Source: an uncultured Actinomycetota bacterium (GTDB lineage: Bacteria > Actinomycetota > Actinomycetes > JAHEKZ01). Taken from it: a stretch of 64,000 nucleotides of DNA. Position numbers and translations under genes: made by a program. Position 1 is the first letter of the stretch, and each line of letters starts with the position of its first letter. The notes below the pieces were generated by a model. It was not told where the DNA came from. It saw only the letters and a program-made list of their open reading frames with translations, and did not search any database. Below, one piece after another: positions 19,270-29,625 of this stretch. The stretch is from the NCBI GenBank assembly GCA_963829525.1, contig CAWHIJ010000003.1, positions 608,001 to 672,000 of the forward strand, written 5' to 3'.

Positions 19270-20850
19270 GTGTCTGCCGTCCTGCGGCTGTATCTGCGGC
19301 TGACGCGCCGCGGCATTGCGCTGCTGGCGCTCGCCATCGGTGCCTACGTCGTGGTCGAGGCGGTGTCCTTCATCCAGACCTATCCGGATCAGGCATCACG
19401 AGCACGTGTGGCGGCGCTTGGGGACCAGCCAGCGGTGCGGATGCTCCAGGGCATCCCACACGCGGTCGACACGGTGGGCGGCTTTGTGGTCTGGGATGGC
19501 GGATGGTTCATGCAGGCGATTGTCGGCGTCTGGGCCATCCTGACCACCTCACGACTCCTGCGTGGTGAGGAGGAGAGCGGACGGGGCGAGCTCGTTGGTG
19601 CCGGCCCGGTGTCGGGCATCCAAGCCACTGGCCTCGGTCTGTTCACCGTGCTGATCGGATGCGCGATCGCCGGGGCAGCGGTCTTCTCGACGATTGTCTG
19701 GTTCAGCAGTGACGTCGTCGGCTCGGCACTCTTCGCACTTGGCATTTTCGGGTTCGGGGCGATGATGGCTGCCGCAACAGCGGTGGCCTCCCAGATGTTT
19801 GGTGTGCGGCGCAGGGTGGCTGCGGTCGGTGCGGGGTTCCTCGGCGTCGCATTCGTACTGCGCATGATCTCCAACAGCAGTGACGACCGACTCTGGGTGA
19901 ACTGGTTGTCCGTTTTCGGCTGGATGGACCGGCTCCGGCCGTTCGGCGACAACAACTTCGGCGTTGTCGCGGTCTACATGGCTGCCGTCGGCGGGTTGAT
20001 TGCCTTGGCGTTGTTCCTTCGGTCGCGCCGAGACCTGGGAGCGGCAGTTCTCACGCCCGGCACCGAGCCGCGTTCTCGGCTCTTCCTGCTGCAGTCCCCG
20101 ATCGGCTTCGCGTGGCGCCTGACCTGGGGCACGTTGCTGGCGTGGGCGCTGGGGCTGGCTGCGTACTCGTTCTTCATGGGAAGCCTCGTCAAAGCGATGG
20201 GCGAGGTTCTCGCAGACGATCCCGCGTACGACGTGTACCTCGAGATGCTCGGGCTCACCCGCGATGACATCACCAAAGGAATGCTGGCCTTCATGGCGGT
20301 CGTACTCGGACTGGTCGTCAGCCTGTACGCAGCCTGGCGGATCGGAGCGGTGCGCGGCGAGGAGGACTCCGAGCGCGCCGAACATCTCTTGACGCGTCCG
20401 CTGACCCGCGGGCGCTGGCTCGGCGGCCACCTGCTGTTGGCGCTTGCGTCGGTCATCGTGCTCGTGCTGGTCAGCGGAACAGCGACGTGGGTGGGGGCGG
20501 CGATCACTGATGCGGGCGTCAGCCTGGGGGACGCCATCGCGGCCAGCGCCAATCTGCTGCCGGTCATCCTGCTTTTCGGAGGCCTGGCGGTTGCCATGTT
20601 CGGGCTGGCCCCGCGGCTCACTGTTGGAGTGCCTGTCGGCGCCGTCGTGGTGACCTACGTGCTGCAGATCGTCGGCCAGGGCTTGCATTTCCCCGGGTGG
20701 GTGATCGGGCTCTCGCCCTTCTACCACCTGGCGCTCGTGCCGGTTGCCGACTACGCGCTGACCCAGGGGCTGGTGATGACCGTCATCGGTCTGGTCGCAA
20801 CGGCGGTGGGCTGGGTCGCCTTCTACCGACGTGATCTTGTCGGCGCCTGA
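19270..20850 (+). CDS. ABC-2 type exporter permease (tandem-domain, TnrB-like)
   Basis: Two repeats of RGEE.SGR.E / RGEEDSERAE, about 12 TM, LSPFYH and the RRDL C-terminus. Confidence 0.85.
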   Translation: MSAVLRLYLRLTRRGIALLALAIGAYVVVEAVSFIQTYPDQASRARVAALGDQPAVRMLQGIPHAVDTVGGFVVWDGGWFMQAIVGVWAILTTSRLLRGEEESGRGELVGAGPVSGIQATGLGLFTVLIGCAIAGAAVFSTIVWFSSDVVGSALFALGIFGFGAMMAAATAVASQMFGVRRRVAAVGAGFLGVAFVLRMISNSSDDRLWVNWLSVFGWMDRLRPFGDNNFGVVAVYMAAVGGLIALALFLRSRRDLGAAVLTPGTEPRSRLFLLQSPIGFAWRLTWGTLLAWALGLAAYSFFMGSLVKAMGEVLADDPAYDVYLEMLGLTRDDITKGMLAFMAVVLGLVVSLYAAWRIGAVRGEEDSERAEHLLTRPLTRGRWLGGHLLLALASVIVLVLVSGTATWVGAAITDAGVSLGDAIAASANLLPVILLFGGLAVAMFGLAPRLTVGVPVGAVVVTYVLQIVGQGLHFPGWVIGLSPFYHLALVPVADYALTQGLVMTVIGLVATAVGWVAFYRRDLVGA

Positions 20851-20882
20851 CTGCGCCAGACGGCGAGCACTCGAAGCGGAAG

Positions 20883-20901
20883 TGGTATCAATCTGATACC
20901 A
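20883..20901. promoter_or_regulatory. Palindromic operator of the RHH-Doc module
   Basis: TGGTATCA-ATC-TGATACCA, overlapping a -10 TACCAT just before the ATG at 20909. Confidence 0.75.
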
Positions 20902-20908
20902 TCGGTCC

Positions 20909-21115
20909 ATGGCCATGACTCTGCGAACCGACGACGAGCTCGACGCTGCGCTTTCTGCCCTCGCTGAGGCCGAGGGTCTCTCGCGTCAGGAGATCGTGCG
21001 ACGGGCTGTTCTGGACCGGCTTTCTGCCCTTGAGCACCGTCAGCTCGTGGAGGACAGCGGTCACCGAAATGCCGAGCGTTGGCGTGACGTCCTTGATCGA
21101 CTGGGTTCGGTGTGA
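20909..21115 (+). CDS. CopG/ribbon-helix-helix antitoxin
   Basis: MAMTLRTDDELDAALSALAEAEGLSRQEIVRRAV...LDRLG, directly upstream of Doc. Confidence 0.85.
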   Translation: MAMTLRTDDELDAALSALAEAEGLSRQEIVRRAVLDRLSALEHRQLVEDSGHRNAERWRDVLDRLGSV

Positions 21116-21480
21116 GCCTTCGGTACCTGACAACGGACGACCTTCTGCTCCTGGTCGCTGAACTCGGCGCCGGTCCCGTGCGCGATGTCGGGCTGCTGGG
21201 GTCGGCTGCGGGTCGGCCACAGACCACGGTACTCGGATCGGACGCTTACTCCACCGTTCCTGAGAAGGCGGCAGCCTTGCTCCACTCGATCACCAGCAAT
21301 CACGCCCTGGTTGACGGCAACAAGAGGCTGGCGTGGCTCGCAGCCGCGGTGTTCTTGGACCTCAACGGGTGGGATGTCGCCCTCAGCGACGACGAGGCAT
21401 TCGAACTGGTGATGGCGGCGTCCACCGGCAAGGGCGACGTGACCGAGATCGCCGAGGGGCTTCAGGCGGCGCCGAGATGA
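21112..21480 (+). CDS. doc: Death-on-curing (Doc/Fic) family toxin
   Basis: RDVGLLGSAAGRP and NHALVDGNKRLA, the Doc-type Fic motif with Lys. Confidence 0.9.
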   Translation: MSLRYLTTDDLLLLVAELGAGPVRDVGLLGSAAGRPQTTVLGSDAYSTVPEKAAALLHSITSNHALVDGNKRLAWLAAAVFLDLNGWDVALSDDEAFELVMAASTGKGDVTEIAEGLQAAPR

Positions 21481-21544
21481 AGGCTAGGGCCTGCTGGGAC
21501 GCCCGATTGGGCCAAGAGTCGAGCCCCTGAGAGAATCTGACCTT

Positions 21545-22858
21545 GTGACCTACCCCTACGAGGCTCCGGCATCGGCCGACCTCTTCGACCGCGCCCAGGC
21601 TGTCACCCCAGGAGGGGTGAACTCGCCGGTGCGGGCCTTCCGGGCCGTTGGCGGAACCCCGCGATTCATGGTCCGCGGCGATGGTCCCTACGTCTGGGAC
21701 GCCGACGACCGCCGGTACGTCGACCTCGTCTGCTCGTGGGGGCCGATGATCTTGGGCCACCGCCACCCGGCCGTGATGGGCGCGGTCGAACAGGCAGTCA
21801 GCCGGGGGTTCACGTTCGGGACGCCGGGGCCCGGCGAGGTCGAGCTCGCTGAGCTGATCGTCGGCCGGACGCCGGTTCAACGGGTGCGCCTCGTCTCCAG
21901 CGGCACCGAGGCCACGATGTCGGCGATCCGCCTTGCGCGCGGGTTCACCGGTCGGGCAAAGGTCGTGAAGTTCGCTGGCTGCTACCACGGCCACGTCGAC
22001 TCGTTGCTCGTCGCAGCCGGTTCAGGAGTAGCGACCTTCGGGCTGCCCGATACTCCGGGTGTGACGCCGGGCACGGCAGCCGACACCATCGTGATCCCCT
22101 ACAACGACACCTTTGCCCTGGAAAAGGTCTTCGCTCAGCGGGGCAACCAGATCGCTTGCGTGATCACCGAGGCAGCTGCGGCGAACATGGGCGTTGTCCC
22201 GCCCGCATCCGGATTCAACGCCAAGATCGCCGAGCTGTGCGCGCAGAACGGATCGCTCTTCATCAGCGACGAGGTCATGACTGGATTCCGGGTAAGCCGG
22301 TCCGGATGGTTCGGGCTTGAACCCGTGACGCCCGACCTGATGACGTTCGGCAAGGTAATGGGTGGCGGGCTGCCCGCCGCCGCCTTTGGCGGTCGCGAGG
22401 ACGTGATGGCGCAGCTCGCCCCGCAGGGTGCGATCTATCAGGCCGGGACGCTCGCAGGTAACCCGATCGCCACGGCCGCTGGTGCTGCAACGCTGGGGGC
22501 GCTGGACGATGAGGTCTACGCCACGGTCGACCGGCAGTCCGCTGAGGTCTCGCAGGCGGTCTCAAAGGCGCTCTCGTCGGCCGGAGTTGCGCACCGCGTC
22601 CAGAGCGCCGGTTCGCTCTTCAGCGTCTTCTTCACCGACCAGCAGGTCATCGACTACGCGGGTGCCCAGTCGCAGGAAGCCTTCCGCTACCGCGCGTTCT
22701 TCCACTCGATGCTGAGCCAGGGCATCTACCTGCCGCCGTCGGTCTTTGAAGCGTGGTTCCTCAGCGCCGCGCACGACGACGCAGCGATCTCACAGGTGAT
22801 CGACGCGCTTCCCGCTGCTGCTGCCGCCGCAGCGGTCGCGACCCCGGAGGCCGCATGA
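21545..22858 (+). CDS. hemL: Glutamate-1-semialdehyde 2,1-aminomutase
   Basis: [29 protein letters not shown] and [10 protein letters not shown]. Confidence 0.97.
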   Translation: MTYPYEAPASADLFDRAQAVTPGGVNSPVRAFRAVGGTPRFMVRGDGPYVWDADDRRYVDLVCSWGPMILGHRHPAVMGAVEQAVSRGFTFGTPGPGEVELAELIVGRTPVQRVRLVSSGTEATMSAIRLARGFTGRAKVVKFAGCYHGHVDSLLVAAGSGVATFGLPDTPGVTPGTAADTIVIPYNDTFALEKVFAQRGNQIACVITEAAAANMGVVPPASGFNAKIAELCAQNGSLFISDEVMTGFRVSRSGWFGLEPVTPDLMTFGKVMGGGLPAAAFGGREDVMAQLAPQGAIYQAGTLAGNPIATAAGAATLGALDDEVYATVDRQSAEVSQAVSKALSSAGVAHRVQSAGSLFSVFFTDQQVIDYAGAQSQEAFRYRAFFHSMLSQGIYLPPSVFEAWFLSAAHDDAAISQVIDALPAAAAAAAVATPEAA

Positions 22859-23502
22859 GCGAGCTCACCGTCGTCCACCTGCTGCGCCACGGTGAGGTGC
22901 GCAACCCCGAAGGCGTTCTTTACGGACGGTTGCCCGGCTACCAGCTCTCTGATCTCGGTCGTGCCATGGCGCAGCGGATCGCCGAGCACCTTGCTGATGC
23001 CGACATCGCCCACGTCGGGGCGTCCCCGCTCGAGCGTGCCCAGGAGACGGCGAAGCCCATCGCCGCCGCGCATGACCTGCCGATCGCTGTCGACGGCAGG
23101 CTGATCGAGGCCGACAACGTCTTCGAGGGGCTGACCTTCGGCGTCGGAGACGGGGCACTTTCGCGTCCACGACACTGGAAGCACCTTCGCAACCCGTTCC
23201 GCCCGTCGTGGGGTGAGCCGTACAGAGCGCAGGCGCTGCGCATGCTGGCTGCAATGGCTGTAGCGCGCGATTCTGCGCGTGGCCACGAGGCGTTGCTCGT
23301 CAGCCATCAGCTGCCGATCTGGACCACACGCACGCACGTTGAGGGACGCCGGCTGTGGCACGATCCGCGTAACCGCGAGTGCTCACTGGCGAGCCTCACG
23401 TCGTTCACCTACCGAGGCGACGAGATCGTGGCGGTCACCTACAGCGAACCTGCTCGCGATCTGCTCCCCGCCTCGGTGCAGAAGCAGAAGTCAGGTGCTT
23501 GA
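22855..23502 (+). CDS. Histidine phosphatase family protein
   Basis: [17 protein letters not shown] and VSHQLPI; ATGA overlap with hemL. Confidence 0.92.
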   Translation: MSELTVVHLLRHGEVRNPEGVLYGRLPGYQLSDLGRAMAQRIAEHLADADIAHVGASPLERAQETAKPIAAAHDLPIAVDGRLIEADNVFEGLTFGVGDGALSRPRHWKHLRNPFRPSWGEPYRAQALRMLAAMAVARDSARGHEALLVSHQLPIWTTRTHVEGRRLWHDPRNRECSLASLTSFTYRGDEIVAVTYSEPARDLLPASVQKQKSGA

Positions 23503-24091
23503 CGTGCGCCTTTCTCGAGGCGCGATGACGGTGGCGATGCTCGTTGCCCCGCTGTTCCTGGCGCTTGCGGGGTGCACTGGCAGTGAGGCCAATGTTGACT
23601 CAGGTGACGGGCAAGGCTTTGTTGCGGGCGACGGTTCGACGCAGGTGATCGACAGCGCAGATCGCACGGCAGCACCGGACCTGGCCGGAGCCACACTCGA
23701 CGGTGACCAGCTGGCGCTGACGGACTTCGCAGGTGACGTAGTGGTGCTGAACCTGTGGGCGTCGTGGTGTGGCCCATGTCGCGCTGAGGCGCCGGCGCTG
23801 CAGCAGGTGTACGCCGACTCCCGCAACAAGGGTGTCGAGTTCCTCGGGATCAACAGTCGCGACCAGGAAGCGGCGGCGGCCGCGTTCGAGAAGAACTTCG
23901 GCATCACCTATCCGAGCCTGGTCGACGACAGCGGTGAGCTGCAGCTGGCCTTTCATGACTCCGTTCCTGCGAGCTCGATCCCCTGGACGTTGGTGATCGA
24001 TCGTGACGGGCTCATAGCCGCGCGCATCCTGGGTCCCACGACGTACTCGCAGCTCTCGCACCTCGTCAACGAAGTCGCATCGGAGGGCTGA
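23495..24091 (+). CDS. resA: TlpA/ResA thiol-disulfide oxidoreductase lipoprotein
   Basis: LAGC lipobox and [11 protein letters not shown]. Start uncertain. Confidence 0.9.
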   Translation: MLDVRLSRGAMTVAMLVAPLFLALAGCTGSEANVDSGDGQGFVAGDGSTQVIDSADRTAAPDLAGATLDGDQLALTDFAGDVVVLNLWASWCGPCRAEAPALQQVYADSRNKGVEFLGINSRDQEAAAAAFEKNFGITYPSLVDDSGELQLAFHDSVPASSIPWTLVIDRDGLIAARILGPTTYSQLSHLVNEVASEG

Positions 24092-24849
24092 TGCTGGCGG
24101 CGCTGCTCGTCGACCCGGCGGAGACCGTCGTCGGGGGATCGCTGCTGCTCGCTGCTGTCTTCGCGTTCGCGGCCGGCGTCGTGTCATTCGCTTCGCCCTG
24201 CGTGCTGCCCCTGGTACCGGCGTATCTCTCGTACGTCACCGGGATGATCGGTATCGACCTCGGCGAAGCTAAGCGTGGGCGTCTGGTGCTAGGGACGGCC
24301 CTCTTCGTGGGCGGGTTCACCGTCGTGTTCGTGTCGTACGGAGCGCTGTTCGGGGGTCTTGGCTCCGTGCTGTACGAGTACACCGATGTCATCACTCGGG
24401 TGCTCGGACTCTTCACCATCGTCTTCGGGCTTGCGTTCATGGGGTTGATCCCGTGGCTGAACCGATCGTGGAACCCCACGAAGAACACGTCCATGGGCCT
24501 GGTCGGTGCGCCGCTGCTCGGTGTCCTCTTCGGGCTGGGGTGGACACCCTGTGTCGGTCCAACACTTGCGGCCGTTCAAGCGCTGGCGATCGACTCCGCC
24601 AGCGCCGCCCGCGGAGCAGCGCTGGCGGCCGTCTACTGCCTCGGCCTAGGTCTGCCGTTCCTGCTGGTGGCTTTCGCGTTTCGCAAAGCGTTCGGAGCCA
24701 TGAGCTGGATGAAGCGCCACTACACGCTATTGATCCGGATCGGTGGCGGAATGCTGGTGCTGCTCGGCGTCCTCATGGTGACCGGTCAGTGGGCCGAGAT
24801 CTCGATCCAACTTCGCATTTGGACCGCTGGCTTCGGGGTGCCGTTCTGA
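24091..24849 (+). CDS. ccdA: Cytochrome c biogenesis protein CcdA
   Basis: [14 protein letters not shown] and GWTPCVGP. Confidence 0.95.
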   Translation: MLAALLVDPAETVVGGSLLLAAVFAFAAGVVSFASPCVLPLVPAYLSYVTGMIGIDLGEAKRGRLVLGTALFVGGFTVVFVSYGALFGGLGSVLYEYTDVITRVLGLFTIVFGLAFMGLIPWLNRSWNPTKNTSMGLVGAPLLGVLFGLGWTPCVGPTLAAVQALAIDSASAARGAALAAVYCLGLGLPFLLVAFAFRKAFGAMSWMKRHYTLLIRIGGGMLVLLGVLMVTGQWAEISIQLRIWTAGFGVPF

Positions 24850-26450
24850 TGCCGGCCGACGTGATCAACGCGCTCACCGACGAAGACTCAAAGGGCACTG
24901 CGCCCCGGCAGCCATCACTCGGCTTCATCGGCGGCATTCGCTGGATGTGGCGGCAGCTGACGTCGATGCGCACCGCGTTGATCCTGCTCTTCCTGCTGGC
25001 GCTGGGCGCCGTCCCTGGCTCGGTCTTCCCCCAGCGCGGGGCCTCACCCTTGCGGGTCGGCGAGTACCTCCAGGAGCACTCGACCGTCGGCCCCTGGCTC
25101 GACCGGCTAGGGCTCTTTGACGTCTATGCAGCTTCGTGGTTTGCGGCTATCTACCTGCTTCTGATGGTGTCGCTTGCGGGGTGCATCCTGCCGCGTTGCC
25201 TTCAGTACGCCCGCAACCTGCGGTCGGTGCCTCCTGCCGCTCCGCGCAACCTGACGCGGATGCCTGAGCACCGAGCGTTCACCACCGACTCGACCGAAGC
25301 CGACGTGATCGCCGCGGCCGAAAGCACGCTGCGCAGCGCCCGCTTCCGGCTTCGACCAAGTGCCGCGGCCGACAGCGCCGATAGCAGTGTGGCCGCTGAG
25401 AAGGGCTACCTCCACGAGCTTGGCAATCTCATCTTCCACCTGTCGCTGCTGGTCCTTCTGGTCGGTGTCGCCTGGGGGGCGTGGTTCGGCTACCGCGGCA
25501 CGGTGGTGATCGTGGAGGGTGAAGGCTTCGCGAACACTTTGACCCAGTACGACGACTTCGTTCCAGGGCGGGGCTTTTCGACGAGTCTGTTGGCCCCCTT
25601 CTCGTTCACGATGGACGAGTTTGATGCGAAGTTTCTCGAGGACGGTCCGAACCGCGGTCAGCCTGATCAGTACACAGCCGACGTCACGTATCGCGAGAAC
25701 CCAGGAGCCGAGCAACAGCAACAGCGCATCGAGGTCAACAAGCCCCTCAACATCAACGGCAGCAAGGTCTTCCTGCTGGGCCACGGCTACGCACCGGTAT
25801 TCACCGTGCGCGATGGCAACGGCGACATTGCCTTCTCCGGAGCGGTACCGGCACTGCCGCAGGACCCGGCGTTTACCTCGACGACAGTCGTGAAGGTGCC
25901 CGACGCCCAGCCAGAGCAGCTGGGATTCAACGTCACAGTGGCGCCGACGGCGCCGAAGGAGATCGACCCGACCACTGGACCGCGGTCGACCTTCCCGGAG
26001 GCGAACGATCCGAGGGTGTACCTCGGTGCGTGGGCCGGCGACCTCGGGCTCGATTCCGGCGTCCCACAGAACGTCTACCAGCTGGACAGCTCGGCGATGG
26101 AGCAGCTTGGCCGCGAGGATCTGGCGGTCGGCGAGACCTGGGACCTGCCAGACGGTCGCGGGTCGATCACCTTCGACGGCCTGTCGGAGTTCGCGAATGT
26201 GCAGGTCGCGTATGACCCAGGACGCTGGCTGGTCCTGCTGGCCGCGGTAGCGGCGATGATCGGGATCTCACTCTCGCTGCTGGTGCGCAGGCGTCGGGTA
26301 TGGGTGCGCGCGAGCATTGATGAGCAGGGCCGTACCCTCGTCGAGGTGGCCGGACTGGCCCAAACCGAGTGGGCAGCCTTGGCCCATGAGGTGGATGCTG
26401 TAAGGGCGGCCCTACCGGGTGGGTCGACCGCCGTGGAGGAGCAGACGTGA
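24849..26450 (+). CDS. resB: Cytochrome c biogenesis protein ResB
   Basis: LTSMRTALILL, GNLIFHLS, VNKPL and DPG..RRRVW. ATG 24849 overlaps the ccdA stop. Confidence 0.93.
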   Translation: MPADVINALTDEDSKGTAPRQPSLGFIGGIRWMWRQLTSMRTALILLFLLALGAVPGSVFPQRGASPLRVGEYLQEHSTVGPWLDRLGLFDVYAASWFAAIYLLLMVSLAGCILPRCLQYARNLRSVPPAAPRNLTRMPEHRAFTTDSTEADVIAAAESTLRSARFRLRPSAAADSADSSVAAEKGYLHELGNLIFHLSLLVLLVGVAWGAWFGYRGTVVIVEGEGFANTLTQYDDFVPGRGFSTSLLAPFSFTMDEFDAKFLEDGPNRGQPDQYTADVTYRENPGAEQQQQRIEVNKPLNINGSKVFLLGHGYAPVFTVRDGNGDIAFSGAVPALPQDPAFTSTTVVKVPDAQPEQLGFNVTVAPTAPKEIDPTTGPRSTFPEANDPRVYLGAWAGDLGLDSGVPQNVYQLDSSAMEQLGREDLAVGETWDLPDGRGSITFDGLSEFANVQVAYDPGRWLVLLAAVAAMIGISLSLLVRRRRVWVRASIDEQGRTLVEVAGLAQTEWAALAHEVDAVRAALPGGSTAVEEQT

Positions 26451-27433
26451 GCAGCCAGACATGGGCACACCTCAGCAATGGGCTGGTCTACAGCACCATC
26501 ATCGTGCTGGCCGTCGCCCTGGTGGCGTTTGCCGCCGATCTCGCCGTGGGAACTGGGCGCAGGCGGGCCACTCGGGCGCAGCAGGCAAGGGTGGCTCGCG
26601 AGCGACAGAACGCCGGGGATTCGGGTTCTGCCGTTGCCACCGCCGCCCCTCCGGAGACCGCCGCCGACCAACGGTGGGCGCGGGTCGGCGTCTCTTTGAC
26701 AACTCTCGCTGCCGTTCTGGCCGTTGCGGCCGTCATCACCCGCGGTATCTCGGCGCAGCGCCCACCGTGGGGCAACATGTACGAGTTCACCGTCACGGCC
26801 GTCGCGACGTTGCTGGTGATCTGGGTGGCGATGCTGCCCAAGCGCCCGGAGTGGCGCGACCTTGGGCTGGTCGTCGTCCTGTTCAACCTGCTGCTGCTCG
26901 GCGTCGCGGTTCTGGTGCTGTACACCGAGTCGGCCGAACTCGTTCCGGCGCTGAAGTCCTACTGGCTGTGGATCCATGTGAGCGCTGCGATCATCGCCAG
27001 CTCGGTCTTTACGGTGGGGTCGCTGGCGTCGGTGCTCTATCTGTTCTCTGAGCGGTACGAGCGCCGGGCCGCTGTCGGGACGACGGGTGGCCTGCGCGAT
27101 GCGATCGGTTCGCGGGTTCCGGCTTCTGAGCAGTTGGACAAGGTCGCGTACCAGACGATCGCGTTCGCCTTCCCGTTGTGGTTCTTTGCCGTCGTTGCTG
27201 GCGCCGTCTGGGCCGAGGACGCGTGGGGCCGTTACTGGGGCTGGGACCCGAAGGAGACCTGGGCCTTCGTCACGTTGGTGATCTACGCGGCCTACCTGCA
27301 CGCGCGGGCAACGGCCGGCTGGCGCGGGCGTCGGGCGGCGATCATCGCGATCATCGGGCTCGGAGCGTTTCTGTTCAGCTACTTCGGCGTCAACATCTTC
27401 TTCGTGGGGCTGCACTCCTACGGTGGCGTCTGA
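26447..27433 (+). CDS. ccsB: Cytochrome c assembly protein (ResC/CcsB)
   Basis: WWD-domain motif WAEDAWGRYWGWDPKETW and GLHSY. Confidence 0.95.
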   Translation: MSSQTWAHLSNGLVYSTIIVLAVALVAFAADLAVGTGRRRATRAQQARVARERQNAGDSGSAVATAAPPETAADQRWARVGVSLTTLAAVLAVAAVITRGISAQRPPWGNMYEFTVTAVATLLVIWVAMLPKRPEWRDLGLVVVLFNLLLLGVAVLVLYTESAELVPALKSYWLWIHVSAAIIASSVFTVGSLASVLYLFSERYERRAAVGTTGGLRDAIGSRVPASEQLDKVAYQTIAFAFPLWFFAVVAGAVWAEDAWGRYWGWDPKETWAFVTLVIYAAYLHARATAGWRGRRAAIIAIIGLGAFLFSYFGVNIFFVGLHSYGGV

Positions 27434-27591
27434 CCCACGCCCCCTGCAGGCGCCGGGCACTGATCCGTCGCGCCCCTTGCCGGCGGTCCGGCCCGGGGGC
27501 ATGCTCGCCCTGACGCTACTTCGTGCAGCGGGACGGATCCCGGTACCTGCGTCACGTCCTACCGCCCGTTGCCGCGACCGTGGGAGGCGGC

Positions 27592-28275
27592 ATGGACGAC
27601 TCACGAGCTCTTCAGCGCGCGGGATGGGCGGGCGCCGCTTCGGTCGTGCTGCTCGGCGTCGGGGTGGCGCTGTGCTCGTTGGTCGGCGTCGACTACCCGT
27701 CGGTGTCGGACGCCACCATCCTCGAGAGGCTCAACGACGGCGCCAAGCAGGCCGCCGCCGGCATCGGGCTGCCGGTGCTCGCCGCGGGGGTCGCGCTGCT
27801 GCTCTGGTTTGCCGTCGGGTTGCGGCGAGTGCTGGACCGGATGTCCGGCGGCGACCCGCTTGCCCACGCGACTGTCCCGGCCGCGGCGCTGCTCGGCGGG
27901 CTGATGATCACAGGAGTCTCGCTCGACGTGTCGAGCGCGGTCACGGCACTGTCGGATGAGTTCACCCCCAACCCGGACACCGCCCGAGTGCTCGGCACCG
28001 CGGGGGCCGTTGTCGGGCTCACCGGGCTGATCGGCGGCGCGGCGATGGTCGCGGTGACGACGCGGATCGCCCAGCAGGCGCACGCCCTGCCGACGTGGGC
28101 CGTCTGGGTGTCCTACACGGTCGCTGTGCTGTGCCTCTCCGGCTTCTGGAGCGGAGGCATGGGGTCCGTCGCCTTTGCGGCGTGGCTCATCGGCGCGGTC
28201 ATCGGGGTGCTGCGCGCTGCGCGGCGAACTAGTCGAGCGGCAGCGTCGTCCTCGCCGCGATCGTCGTCTGGCTGA
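27592..28275 (+). CDS. Hypothetical multi-pass membrane protein (DUF4386-like)
   Basis: GGAGG RBS before ATG 27592; about 6 hydrophobic segments; high-GC codon usage. Confidence 0.65.
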   Translation: MDDSRALQRAGWAGAASVVLLGVGVALCSLVGVDYPSVSDATILERLNDGAKQAAAGIGLPVLAAGVALLLWFAVGLRRVLDRMSGGDPLAHATVPAAALLGGLMITGVSLDVSSAVTALSDEFTPNPDTARVLGTAGAVVGLTGLIGGAAMVAVTTRIAQQAHALPTWAVWVSYTVAVLCLSGFWSGGMGSVAFAAWLIGAVIGVLRAARRTSRAAASSSPRSSSG

Positions 28276-28311
28276 GCTGACCAACGAAGATCCGCTCCGG
28301 TTCGTGCGGGC

Positions 28312-28536
28312 TCAGGTGGCCGGCGGGTCTTCCTGCTGCTCGCGTTGACGTTCCTGCTGCTGCTGCTCCCACAGCTGCGTGTCGAGGTCGCGCAGGAACG
28401 TCGGGTCGTCGTCAGGAGCCACTGGGCGGCGTGCTGATCCCCGTCCGCCACCACCGTCACCGCGACGCTGGATCATCCGGATAGTGAGGTAGATGACGAT
28501 CCCCAACAGGACAAGTGCCAACAAGAGTCGTGGCAT
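28312..28536 (-). CDS. Small membrane protein (resembles the C-terminal half of PLDc_N-domain proteins)
   Basis: AGGAGG RBS, one TM helix, then APDDDPTFLRDL. Confidence 0.75.
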   Translation of the reverse strand: MPRLLLALVLLGIVIYLTIRMIQRRGDGGGGRGSARRPVAPDDDPTFLRDLDTQLWEQQQQERQREQQEDPPAT

Positions 28537-28672
28537 GGTGCCAACCTCCTGTCGGTCGAGGGGGTAACCAACAGACGTCCCCTGTTCAGCCAGGGTAACC
28601 GCAGGCGGGAAGGTGCGCAGTCAGAGGTGCGGGAGGTGCGGACGGAGCCAGCTGCAGACACCTGCAGAATTG

Positions 28673-28720
28673 CCAGCACCTCCGGGCGCCGAGCGGAGGC
28701 TGGGCGACCGGAGGTGCTGG
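28673..28720 (-). terminator. GC-rich stem-loop, probable terminator
   Basis: CCAGCACCTCCGG...CCGGAGGTGCTGG arms downstream of the small minus-strand ORF. Confidence 0.6.
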
Positions 28721-28821
28721 TGGGGGTTCTCGAGGAGGGACCCCGCGAGGCTCTCGGCAGCTAGTTGAGGGGACGCCGCCGGAGAGAGGTCGTACTGTCA
28801 GGGGTGGTCAGGGGTGTGAAC

Positions 28822-28956
28822 TCAGGCCGAGCGACCCTTCAGGGCCGTACGCATCCGCTGAAAGGTGGTCGGGCCCTGGTGACGAACCCGCAACCGGTCC
28901 GCTTCAAGTTCAAGCACGCGGACATGGGCGCGAGCGATCTCGAGTGATGGGACCAT
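28822..28956 (-). CDS. Small hypothetical protein (44 aa)
   Basis: MVPSLEIARAHVRVLELEADRLRVRHQGPTTFQRMRTALKGRSA. GGAG upstream, alternative in-frame ATG at 28971, divergent from Lrp. Confidence 0.6.
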   Translation of the reverse strand: MVPSLEIARAHVRVLELEADRLRVRHQGPTTFQRMRTALKGRSA

Positions 28957-29076
28957 GATTCTCAACTCCATAAACTTTCTCTTCGATTCGAGGCCTGGTT
29001 GGCCCCGATGACTTAAATACTAAGGCACCGACCCAGTACTGTCCAACGAATATGAGCCAACAAAGGGGTTAACACC

Positions 29077-29625
29077 TTGCGAACGGAGAATAATCCCGGA
29101 TCCGCTGCCAGTCCGGTGGCGACCGGGAGCATCCCGGCTTTGGGCAGGGGCCCGCGCCGCAGGGATGCCCTCGACACGGTCGACCGGACGATCATCTCTG
29201 CGCTCCGGGCCAACGCCCGGATCCCCTATGCCGACCTGGCACGGCTCGTGGGACTGTCAGGGCCGAGCGTCGCCGATCGCGTCAAGCGCTTGGAGCAGCT
29301 CGGAGTGATCACCGGGTACCACGCGGCGCTGGCTCCGGAGGCCCTCGGACTGGGAGTGGTCGCGATCGTCGGGATCGAGCAATCTGATGACGGCGATCAA
29401 GACGAGATTGCCGAGCACCTCTCACTGCTGGAGGAGATCGAGGACTGCTGGTTCGTCGCCGGCGACGAGTCCTTCATTCTCAAGGTCCGGGTAGCCGACA
29501 TCGACTCGCTCGAGAAGTCGCTCGGACGCCTGCGCAAGATCCCCGGCATCTCGCGCACCCACACCACCGTCGTACTCTCGACCCGGTTCGAAGGACGGGC
29601 AGCCTTGCCCCTCGAAGGAGTGTGA
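29077..29625 (+). CDS. Lrp/AsnC family transcriptional regulator
   Basis: LDTVDRTII..L..NAR..YADLARLVGLS..SV.DRVKRLE..GVI.GY. True start probably downstream. Confidence 0.92.
   Translation: MRTENNPGSAASPVATGSIPALGRGPRRRDALDTVDRTIISALRANARIPYADLARLVGLSGPSVADRVKRLEQLGVITGYHAALAPEALGLGVVAIVGIEQSDDGDQDEIAEHLSLLEEIEDCWFVAGDESFILKVRVADIDSLEKSLGRLRKIPGISRTHTTVVLSTRFEGRAALPLEGV

Noticed and set aside
24453-24848. N-terminal extension of resB (likewise ORF extensions at 75, 6921, 22753, 23279, 35864, 46720, 56430)
   Set aside because: They overlap neighbouring genes; family homology and RBS or stop-start coupling point to downstream starts.
26075-27604. 509-aa minus-strand ORF
   Set aside because: Antisense shadow of resB/ccsB, typical of high-GC DNA; Arg/Pro-rich with no motifs.
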